Source of the DNA: Lingula anatina
Lineage: Eukaryota > Animalia > Brachiopoda
Direction: 5' to 3'
Assembly: GCA_051362555.1 (NCBI GenBank)
Contig: JBPQGU010000011.1
Location: forward strand, 1-31,104
DNA: 31,104 bases
Below the pieces are notes generated by a model. That model saw only the letters and a program-made list of their open reading frames with translations. It did no database searches and was not told where the DNA came from. The translations under genes and the position numbers were made by a program. Numbering within the stretch: the first letter of the stretch is position 1; the number at the start of each line of letters is the position of its first letter. This document shows positions 1 to 10,659 of the stretch, in pieces.

Positions 1-50
1 TTTTTAAGGACATAACAGTACATGTACAGGTTTATTTAGCCTTTCCTTAC

Positions 51-1464
51 CATCTAAGCCTAGCTGTTCCCTCCACACATCAACTCTGGATGGGGATGGT
101 CTTGCCTGCTCTCCTACCAAACGAGGACTGAAAGTCATAGGTGTCTTAAACACTGGCTCCCTGTGCTGTGAGAGAGAAGAAGATGAAAAAAAATTAAAGC
201 TGACAGACACTTATTTATTTGTTGCGCCTTCCTGGCATATTTACCACATTCATTGGAAACCATAGTATTTAATGAAAATGTTGTAATTATTCTTTTTACT
301 TTTTTATCATCAACCAATAAAATATACTACAGTTAACTATAAAATCAAATCTCCCAGTTCAATAGCAATAGTACTTGCACAAATCTTCATGTTTAATGAG
401 ATATTTACTCCTTTTTTTCTTTTTTTTTTTTTTTGGCCAAGAATGAAGCATATTCAATAATTCAGGGCACTGAGATGTTTTGAACACAGTAACTGCTACA
501 TTTCTCAACTATTTCTCCAAGTCACTCTGACCAATTTACTGACATTTCACTAAATAAATTAGGACTTTAGCAGGGATTAACTTTAGAAATATTTAAGCCA
601 AGGTAAGATGCAAATGCCTGCAAATATTTCAATAATAATCTTAAGTCATATCTAATTACTTGTGGCACTTTAGGGAAATAATTCTGGTAAGTCTATTTGA
701 CTGCAGGTGTGAGACAAAACCATGTATAAATTTGAACAAATACTGTGATATATTTTCAAACAAAACAGTTTTGACATTTATATACCTGAGTATTAAGGGA
801 TAAAAAAAACTCTGAGACTGAGCTGGGTTAAAGAAAGGTTTTTGTCAGTGTCTCAAAATGACTGGTCTTGAAAAAATAATTGACAAGTAGAATAATTAAA
901 GCCAATTCAGAGTAATAATTCCAGTATCAAACAGGCACTAAAATGTATACTGAGAGTGGCAAACAACATTCTGCACTCTGCGGTTATTGTCGAGAACATA
1001 AAAAATCACTCAAAAATGATGCCTTATGTTACTGTGACACAGTCTGGGATTCATTATCAAAAATTCATGTGTAAATTACCCCCAGTTTGGAGATTAAAGC
1101 AGAAAGATTAGTGAGTAATTACTTTAGCACAGATAACACTGGTCAAATACCAGGTTTATCATGTACGTAGCAGGAACTGGCAGAACAAACAGATGAGTGC
1201 AGGTAGACTACATACAAACGATCACTGTGTTAATATGTACCAAGGTGACACATGTTAAGTGCAAAGCCTGTTGTAATAATGAGAATAACATGCAAGGTGC
1301 CTGTAAAATAATGAAAATGTTGGCATTTATGTAAACACTTACTTAAATGTGATGTTGACTTAATGTGTGGGTGTGCAGAGAGAGACAGAGAGAGGGAGAG
1401 AGACAAAGTACTATTTTACCTTCAATCCCATCATATGAGAGGGGGTGACCACTTGGTACGCCAT
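51..1464 (-). CDS. 5' coding exons of an unidentified multi-exon gene (continues beyond left edge); exons 1464-1420 and 165-51
   Basis: ATG at 1464-1462 in good context (gacATGg). Exon ends AAG|gtaaaa in phase 0 and joins acceptor tctctctcacag| at 165 in frame; that exon ends G|gtaagg at 51. Joined peptide: MAYQVVTPSHMMGLK-HREPVFKTPMTFSPRLVGEQARPSPSRVDVWREQLGLD. The ATG-bearing exon has a pyrimidine-tract acceptor at 1843. Family not recognised. Confidence 0.6.
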
Positions 1465-3833
1465 GTCTTCTTAGTTTTGTTGCCTAAACTTAAACTTCCT
1501 CAATGAAGATGTTGGCTGTGGCAACCTCACTTCTCCTTCTCTGCTGTAGTTTTTTAGACAGTCAACAGCTCAGCTGTTCACCTAAGCCTTCACAACTCCA
1601 CCCACAGTTCCATGGAGACTCCATCTACATTCTGCTTCAACTGTAACAAGTCTCAAATACTCAACATTTTCTCCAAGTCCCAAAGGTTCACCAGCTTGTA
1701 CAAAGTCCCTACAACCTGCTCTATATAATTAGTCATTCCACTTGTTTGTGCTTCTTTGTAAGTTCTTCACAAATATTCAAGATTTTCAAGGGCCCACCTT
1801 CGTGAAGTGGACAGACGGCTAATGACCCACAGTAAATTTCTCTCTGGAAGGTAGAAAAAAATGTCATTTTAAATTAGGTGATAATATCAGAGGCTGGGTA
1901 TAATAAAGGCACAGCCAGCATGGGAGCTGGGATGTTTGTGTTGTTATTATTACTGGGTGACTCATCCTGGTATACAATACCTGCACTTGTACATATATTA
2001 TTAACCTGGATTTTTCATTTTAATTTAAAATCTTCATTTCACAAACCGCACTATTTAAAGTCAGTATAAGTATTAGCTTCTGAATCAACCTTATCCCACC
2101 TGTACACCCAAATAGACCGATTGGGAATTCTCAAATAATATAAACAATTAATGCCATGAAAAAATATCAAGCTGAGAGTCGAGTCAAAGTTCTCGTCAAT
2201 AAGACCTCAACTTTGTGATCTCAGACAGCTAAAAATGTGAAGAAATGACAGCATGTACAACCTATGTATTGCACACAGTCACCCCACCTACATCTATTAC
2301 TCCTTTATTTTCTTAGGATTTTCCTGTTGATTTGTCCATCACAATGGCCCTCCATGCAGTGGAGGGTGCGTGCCCTTTGTTCCGCTTACATTACAACAGA
2401 GTTCACCTGTATTACCTGAGCAAACACACTCCATGGCCAGCTTCTAGTACATGTGACCAAAGCACATAGACTGATAAACAGGCTCTCTCCTTCATGTCAA
2501 TTCACAAAATGAAAAATTTTACATCGGATGTACAAGTTGGGGGTTAGGAGCTAAAACTTATTTTACAAGCTTTGGTGTATTTTTTACTTCTATTTAAAAA
2601 CAGACTAGCAGATCTAATTTTCTCAATGGTTTTTAAGGAAAAGGCATATCAAGGGAAAAAACTTGACATATTTAGGAAAATTGCTCTTCCTATATTAAGG
2701 TCCAACATGTAAATGGCATGCCTTTCGTTAATTATAACCCTAAATTCTAAACCCTTTTTAATGGCTCTACAGACCAATGCAGCCAATTGAAAGTGGAAAT
2801 GATGGAAGTATCTATTAATGCATGCATTTACCTGGTACTTTCTAGTACAGAAGCAATCAGCATAATGCTTAATCAATCTCCAATCCAATTAGTCATGATG
2901 ACAAATCAATTGACTGGGAGAGCTTTTCTTATTAAAAGTACATCAGGGGCATGTTTCATAAAAATAACTATATATATGCTCAAAAACTGGTCCAAACTTT
3001 TAGACAAAAACTGACCCATTTTCATTAGTGACAAACTAAATTCATTTTAACAGTAATTTATTCATGTATTTATCTATTAACTCATTTCACATTTTCATTC
3101 ATTCATTCACATATCCCTTTTTTTATTGGAGGGGGGGTAGTATTGTTCATAACATACTAGACCATCAAACAACAAATTAAAACTGCATTCAATACAGCAC
3201 TAAAGCATTCCTAACCTCAGTAAGGGTATCAGGAATGGATTTAACTGTGTCAAAATGGCATTTGATGACAATATCGAATTCCACATCATATTAATAATCC
3301 ATAGCAACTACCAAACTGGATGCTTGTTATGTATGCCACAATACTTAGAAAACCTTGGTAGTTTTGTGACAGAGGAATGATTGGATTATACAACATATAC
3401 TAGCACAGCAGAACATTGTACGGGCACTCAAAATTAAAGCAGATTGTTTGAAACTTTATACCGGCATAAATTAGTCGGTATATAATATCTCCCTTGTTTC
3501 TTTTGCACATCTTTGACTGATGCACAGCAGTTGCTGATGATGGGGGGGGGGGGCGAAAAATTTATTCCACAAATCTACTAAATGACTTGTAACAGTATAT
3601 CAATAACAGAACATGAAGGAACTGAACTACGTCAGTATTGAAACCCCACATTTAATCCAACGGGAAAACATTCTAACATTTGAAACAACAGAGCGTTCAA
3701 ACGCATAACATCAACTTTAATCACAAAGAACATTTTAACATACACTAGTTGTTTGAAATAACCCCACGTTAAGGAAAAATTTAAAAAAAACTAGATAACA
3801 ACTCCACGTGAAAAATAAGTTTTTCCACCATAC

Positions 3834-3920
3834 CTTCCGAACGGAGTTTAATTGCCAGAAAAATTTACCAAACAGACTGCATTGCCTACTGAAGCTGTAT
3901 TTTAGTCCCATGTTTCTTTC
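3834..3920 (-). other. Candidate 5' leader exon of the left-edge gene (87 nt)
   Basis: Acceptor ttctcatacttacag| and donor GAAG|gtatgg, both canonical. Contains aacATGg opening 26 codons that end in phase 0. Confidence 0.4.
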
Positions 3921-4156
3921 CTGTAAGTATGAGAACAGTAAGTGACATGATTTTCCTTAAATGGTCATCATGGGAGCAGTGCCCAAAATAGGGGTTTCTT
4001 CAAATTTTGATGGAATATTACATAATGTTTTACAGCATAATGACCATCAATTTTTAATTATAAAATATTAGTATCATGGTTATTCAGAAAATGTGACAAG
4101 CAAAAGTCTTCAGGCCCATGGAACTTCAAAGTCACATATTGAAAATACCAAAATGT

Positions 4157-5187
4157 AAACAAGACAGCACTGTTCTGAAATGGGTTTATTTCCATTTTTA
4201 ACACTTTTTTAACATAAAATAAAATAAACAGTTTACTTCCATTTTTATATGACCAATGAAGAAAATTGATGAGATGGGAAAAGTATCAATAGAACAGTGT
4301 TAAATGTCCAACTTCCTCCATTCTGAGATTCTGAACATAGTGGATGAATGCATCTGACAAACTGCAATGATATGAGTTTATTTCCATTTTTGACACTTTA
4401 TTACACAATACATGATAACAAGTTTACCATCATTTTTAAAAAATCAACTAACAATGTTGTAAAGATGCAGGAAATGTCAAACAAACACTTTTACGTATCT
4501 TATTAGTTCAATAATGAGACTGTTAACATGCCTAAGAATTGAATGTGAGGAAATGTGAAAAAACAGCATAACTTCTAAAATAATGAACTGATTATGCCGA
4601 TTTTCAAACTCAACCTGCGTTTTAGTAAGATTGGCCCCTACTGTGAGTATAATGACAATTGGCCAATCTGTTTTTCTTATATTGTGTTATCAGTGTTGCA
4701 TATATACTGAAAAAAGTGAAAAAACAGCATAAATTCCCTATAAGTGACCCGATCGTGCTGATTTTCGAACTTGACCTGCGTATTATGAATATTTATCAGT
4801 TCTGTAAGTTTCAAGCCAAAAGGTAAAATGGTTTTCCACTTATCGTGTTATCGGTGCTGCACATATGCTGAAAAAAGAGAAAAAATAGCCTAAATTCACT
4901 AAAAATGACCCAATCACGCTGATTTTCGAACTTGACCTCCGTATTATGTATATGCATCAGTTCTGTAAGTTTCAAGCCAAAAGGTAAAATTATTTTCCAC
5001 TTATCGTGTTATCGGTGCTGCATATGAATATTCATCAGTTCTGTAAGGTTCAAACAAAAAGAAAAAAACAGTTTTCCACTTATCGTGTTATCGGTAAAAG
5101 TGCACGGCGACGGCGACGACGGCGACTGCGACGACAGACGCAGATGACGGCTATATGTACAGACACATCTGTGTCTGTACATAAAAA
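4157..5187 (+). mobile_element. Helentron-associated non-autonomous element (HINE/DINE-1/pearl-like) with internal ~160-bp tandem repeats
   Basis: Starts near AACAAG (5' boundary uncertain). A diverged ~190-bp duplication (4180-4550) is followed by about 3.5 units of ~160 bp (4555-5097; core ttttcgaacttgacctgcgtattatgaatat...ccacttatcgtgttatcgg), a (CGA/CGG)n-GACA microsatellite (5105-5140), the 3' hairpin tatgtacagacac-atct-gtgtctgtacata (5154-5183) and an A-run. This order matches HINE architecture. Confidence 0.7.
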
Positions 5188-7277
5188 CAGAGAGGAGGTG
5201 ACGGTTGAGGATAGATTTATGTCACCCTAGCATGGCTATACGATTTTTCTTCTATCAACAGTGCAATAACACTGCAGATGTTATTCTTTTCTGAAGAATA
5301 CATTACCTTTCATCCTGATCATTTCGGTTACTCTTTCTTTCGTCTTCAGGACGGCGTTGTACGTGGTGATGCCACTACACAGCACCATACAGGCGAATTC
5401 CGGCGCCAGTCCCTCGGGAATCTTCACCACAGCACCACTGGTGATAGGAACCACCACGTGAGTGGCGAACCTGAGAACATTAGGAAAACAATACAGTGCC
5501 ATAGCTCTCTCTCTCTCTTCATTTTCAAGGCAAGAAGCTAGATGTAGTTCTGTACATGTACTTTCCAATATCAACCTCATACGTTGACTTTATCAAACTG
5601 TCAACTCTCTTAAGATTAACAATATACACACTTCTCATTTGCCTTCTTCTGTTCTTAAATTATTTAACACATTACTGTACTGTCCTCCCTACCCTCCGTG
5701 CTTTGCAGCCCCAATCCTTTCCACCACGTTCAAGCAGAGGTTGGGCTGTCCGTGCGTGCACAGGTCACATTGAAGAAGAAATACAGGGCGAAATTAATTG
5801 TGACATCGGAAACTAAGAAGTTATTCGTGTGATAATCCAGTAAACATTCGAATATTATCCTGTATTTAATTTTCATTTGTAAAAATATATATGTTATATT
5901 CCTTTGGGAAGGGGAAGGAGGAGCATGGGAAGGGGGTTAGCAGTACATTCAAAATCAAATGACATATGCACGGAGTAACAACATATCTTAGCTTCCTTCG
6001 ACCAAATTGTGGCCATAAAAGGTGTTTTTTCATTCAGAGTGAGTCCCCGTGGAGTAAGTGTGATATTTGTGTGAATAGCTGTAAAACGCAAAATATAACA
6101 AATATAGCACAGGTGCAGTGCTTACTTATGCCCGATTTAAGTGTGCATCGAATGACTTACCAATTCATTCACCAAATGTCACTTAAATCTAGATGTAAGT
6201 ACTACATTACTACATGTACAGTTTATTGTTTACCAGTTCACAGTAGTGAACACGGATATATTATAATGAAGTATATTTTATAATTAATTCGTTTTTATCA
6301 TAAAAAACTTATATCAATACATAAGAAATACTTTTTACTATTTAAATTTTTAATTAACAGCTGAGAATGAACCACAATGTTTCCTCCCTATCATATAAGG
6401 TTCTCATCCATTCTAAGTAGCCTACGTAAATAAAGTTATAATGAGTAAGAATCGTGTAAGATCTTTGATCTGCTGATATAATTTGTAAACCCAAGAGTTG
6501 GTGTCCAACTTGTGATTACTTGTAAATTTTATTGGATAGTTACGTTACATTTCATCTACTTCCATAGTCAAGATAACAAAGTCACTTTTTTTTAAAAGAT
6601 TCCCCGTGATTTAATGCTCTCCTGTAAATTGAGGAGAAGGTAGGACGGAATCACATTCTGATAGTATCTTTATATAGTAGGTACAGCATACAAAACTGAA
6701 GAAAAGGAGATACAATAATTTTGTAACAGACTACTAACGGACACTGTGGTCAGAGGGTAGGACCGGTCAGCATTGTAATTAATTTAAATTACAAGTTAAA
6801 TTCACTTTCAACTCTGATATCCGAATAAGATTAGCCGTGCGGAGTAACCATTTCAGTTGAAATTTATGGTCTGGAGAAAAAAAAAAACGTGAAAACACCA
6901 AATAGAAATTTGGTTGGGTTTTTTCGATGCTTTTCCTTTTCAACATTCAGTGTCAACAACAACACGCATTTTGAGACACATTGCATTGCATAGAAGTAAA
7001 AATTAATCCTCCACTCACACTTGGAGCTACTGGTAGTTAAACATCTTGTTTGGTTCCCGCATACATTTTGGACATTGTTATTAGCTGCAACATCTCAACA
7101 ATATTAAAGGTCTATGGAAGGCGTCATAATAAACAACACGAAATATCATATTTTTATTCAAACCGAGTCAAAAGAGAAAGGAATTAATCGGTCGCATAAA
7201 TCTGTTACCAAAACGGTGTAATTATGTCCTATGGACGCGACATAATTTAAGAACTAATGTCATTCCCAAAGGGTCAT

Positions 7278-7428
7278 GGTGTGACAGGAATAGCAGTCCG
7301 AGAAATGAAAGTCCGAGGTTCCAATAATATGATTAGTCGGTTGATTGCTACAGGTAAGTGTTAGTCTCCTGTACTAAATAATGCCGAACGGACTACGGTT
7401 CCTAGCGGACTACCATTCCTGTCATACC
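7278..7428. mobile_element. Small MITE with ~23-bp TIRs
   Basis: Left end ggtgtgacaggaatagcagtccg versus right end reverse complement ggtatgacaggaatggtagtccg, with subterminal repeats of agtccg. No clear TSD. Confidence 0.6.
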
Positions 7429-7686
7429 GTTTAAGGCTATATATGCACACGAGACAATGGCACGACCCCCAGTTTCGTTACACCTCTACTTCTGTTGACA
7501 TACTCGTATATCTGGGTTAATAATATCAAGAATAGAGAATCACCAGTGACTTGTGACCAGATTTTGACTTGTGGATATTATCACCGTCGCTTACTGATAA
7601 TCAGTTGAAGCTAGTTCACTTCAGTTCAGAATATAAGAGGTTCAGATGAATGTGCAATTGTACTGAGGTGGTCATGGTTTCAATCC

Positions 7687-7706
7687 CTCTCTCTCTCTCT
7701 CTCTCT
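7687..7706. repeat. (CT)n microsatellite
   Basis: Direct reading of the sequence. Confidence 0.85.
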
Positions 7707-8340
7707 CAAAAACACGCACGCACGCGCACACACGTGCAAACGATCTAAATGCATACAGATATCTCACCATCTGTCCTATGTCTCCAAGCAGTATGAACGC
7801 GGATCTTCGAAATAGATTTACATACCCCTCCTTGTCCCGACCCTCACCTTAACCACAACCCCTTTAGGGGGAGGGGGCGGAACTTCAGGATAGTCGACAA
7901 TCTTCAGAGGAGCTAAAGCCTCGCAGATCTCCGCTCTTTTCATGCTTACGTTGGGCGCTGTCAATGAATGCGACTTGTTGCTTTGACTAGAGCGTTTTAA
8001 ACTCAACACCGTACCAGATCTAGAGTCAGGCGGGTTCGTTGTTTACGTGAGCTGTCGCTGATAGTAAAGTTAGGAAGAGGGCGTAAGACGATGTTAAGGG
8101 GCCGATAAAGATTTGGCAAAGTCAAATAGACAACGGACGATATGACGTATTTATCACTGTAATTCGGTCAGTGCATTTTTAGAAGTGTTAATATTTAACA
8201 AAGCTCGTGATTGTTATTGTGCGCTTAGCACGCGGCTTTGTGGTAACGTTTAGGGCCTACATATAGGCGTAGGAAGCAGTGGGACCAACGGACCCCCTCC
8301 TCCGTCGCTTATATTCCCTCACATGGTTTGCCCCCTCCCC

Positions 8341-8342
<2 letters not shown>

Positions 8343-8380
<38 letters not shown>

Positions 8381-8385
8381 CACAC
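8343..8385. repeat. (CA)n microsatellite
   Basis: Direct reading; one CG interruption. Confidence 0.9.
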
Positions 8386-9035
8386 TTAAAAGCTGCGCAC
8401 CTGAATAAAGACATATTATATACATATTTACTGATACTCAATATATATATAGGCTTAAGTTCATTTGAAAAAAAAAAAGGAAAAAATGAAGTTAAAAATA
8501 TAAGCGCGATTTCTCCTTTTTTTTTTTAACTCTGGAGACAGAAAGTGATAAATATAGCTTTTTGTGCGCATGCCAATCCAAGAAAAGTTTAAAATCCATG
8601 CCCTGCTAGTGCGGGGAGTGCGAAGAGAAACGAAGGTTTTATGAAAGAAATTTTAAAAATATCACGCCTTTTGTGTAATATTTGCACGATATTAATACTA
8701 AGAAAAATCAAACTGCGCTAAGGGCTATTACGAGATGCATGGTTATTTTACTGACACAATTTGTACTCAACCTCAAGTATATTTTTACAAAAGATTCTGC
8801 AAATTACTTTCTCTGAGAATGCAGTTTTGTCGCGTTTTGTGTAAAATGCTTGACTATGCCCTGTCACCATTTCGTCTAGCTAACAGTGGATGTAACTGAA
8901 ATGAGGATTTTATTTATGGCTAAAACATTACAAAAAAAAAAAAAAAAAAAAACGCTAACGACTGAAAACAACGCTCTGTAAAACTGTGTGCAAACTTTGA
9001 TATGTCTACACATCGGAAGAAAAAAATCAAACACC

Positions 9036-9527
9036 AAAATATGCATCTCAGTGCAAGAAAACTAGAGAGCGCAACCCCCGCAAGGACAAATAATTGCGTA
9101 TTATAAAGTATCATTAATTAAGTATTAGTATTATAAATTGATTAATACTAAAATATGCACCTGAGCAGAAGAAAACCAGAGAGCGCAACCTCCGCAAGGA
9201 CATAATTTAGTATTATTCAGTATTCTTAATTAATTAATACTAAATTATTTGTCCTTGCGGAGTTCCATGATCGATTAATTTATTAATTAAATAATAAATA
9301 AATGGATCATTACCAAAATCTTCTTCCATTGTCCATTTGTGAGCTATCCTGGAAATTTAATTTTCAAGTAATTAATTAATGGAACACAACCAAAATCCAA
9401 CCATTTCTTCCTTTGCCCATTTGTGACCTATCCTGTAAATTTCAACAAAATCTGTTAATAGCTAAGTAATAAATAAACTTATTAAACAATTAATTAATAA
9501 ATGAATTAATGGATCATCACCAAAATA
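9036..9527 (+). mobile_element. Rearranged fragment of a second HINE/DINE-like element
   Basis: Direct duplication with ~114-bp period (aaaatatgca...gagagcgcaacc.ccgcaaggaca at 9036 and 9150), inverted repeat at 9188-9264, and three aatgga..a.caccaaaat-like core repeats (9301, 9378, 9508). Confidence 0.5.
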
Positions 9528-10659
9528 TGGTGCAGAGCCTGTTCATTGTGGTTGCTGAGACTCACAACGTAATTCAGCCGTTTTCACCCGTGTCACATTT
9601 TTGAGTGCTATGAGATGATACTGTAAACAGTACATCGCCAGCCTTAAATATCGGACACAATTTACCATTCTGTTGGACATAAATCCTATTTTCAAATCAT
9701 GTATGAGTGTAACACAAGAAAATCGAGATAATTGTTATAGAAATTTTATGAGCCGAGATGGTGTACAGAAGAAACAGGTGGGAAAAAGTCTAGTCCTTTT
9801 TAGGTCAATTTTTTCAGTTCATTTTTCAAACACAAATATAGATAAATTTGAACTCTTACATGCCCCGTTATGCTTTTATTTCTATTGATTGCCATATAAA
9901 ACTATTAAATAATCCTTTCTTTCGTTTCTGATCTTTTTCACATGGAAAAGAGTTCTGAAGAGATGAACTGGTTGTAGGGGTCCATGTTCCTCATTACCCA
10001 GCTTCTTTTTAAATTTCCATAATGAATTAATTATGACAGTGGAACGTCAGATTTGAGGAGACATAAAATTACCTTAGAGTTAGCCAACGAAAACGCGGCA
10101 AGTTATTGACTGCGGGTGTATTGTAGATTTTCAATGTATTTCAATGGGCTGGATTAAATGTGATTAAAACTAATAAAAAGACCACAGGTAATTACAAAAG
10201 CAATTATTTCAACAGCTTTGACATAGATGAACAAGAAAATGTAAAAGACTGTTTGAAAAGTGAAAGTTACAGAAAGTTACAGGGTGGGGGGGGGGGGGGG
10301 TATACTACAAAAGTAGCCTACCGAACGATCTACGTAGACCGACATTGATGGTTTCAAGGGGAATGAGCCATTAAATTCTGTGGCCTGTGATATAGGGCCA
10401 GGGGTAATCCTAGAGAGGGGTAAGAAACGTCCATTGTTCTCGTTACGTCAGTGAGGCTAACCGAATTCAGGGTATGTACGCACAGACAGAAAACCATGTA
10501 TTGTGGGAACGTTACTAATGAAGCCACTGGTAGTACTAGTAGATATCAGTCTGTAGTCTAGAACAAGCACCTCGTTGACGAGTGAACAGTTGTCAAACAC
10601 AAAAGACCCAGGTGTGGTAGATCGACTACTGTTCGCGCGTGCCGCAAAGACCAAGCCTA

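Larger units (their letters stand above)
5307..7943 (-). pseudogene. Zinc-dependent alcohol dehydrogenase (MDR superfamily) gene remnant; exons 7943-7848, ~5772-5693, 5470-5307
   Basis: Exon 1 is MKRAEICEALAPLKIVDYPEVPPPPPKGVVVK|gtgagg. A second remnant, QCDLCTHGQPNLCLNVVERIGAAKHGG|gtaggg, carries structural-zinc Cys and splices in phase 2 to (G)FATHVVVPITSGAVVKIPEGLAPEFACMVLCSGITTYNAV...MK G|gtaatg. I found no CHSD/GHE exon and no Rossmann GxGxxG exon, and the 5772 exon has no AG acceptor. Confidence 0.7.

Noticed and set aside
5006-5230. 74-aa Arg-rich ORF (RRRRRRRLRR)
   Set aside because: It is a translation of the HINE microsatellite and tandem unit, not a gene.
7019-7084. Minus-strand segment with tgcag acceptor and gtgagt donor as the missing ADH exon
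   Set aside because: No frame gives CHSD/GHE-like sequence, and phase 0 contains a stop.
7660-7690. tRNA B-box-like ggtttcaatccc
   Set aside because: No cloverleaf or A-box could be built; at most a SINE remnant.
8260-8340. taggcgtaggaagc...cccc, a hAT-like terminus
   Set aside because: No matching second TIR or TSD was found, so it is too weak to annotate.
10575-10659. N-terminal part of the 249-aa ORF (TTG start)
   Set aside because: It precedes the first LINE motif (VIDY) and is likely chance read-in from flanking DNA at the 5' truncation.
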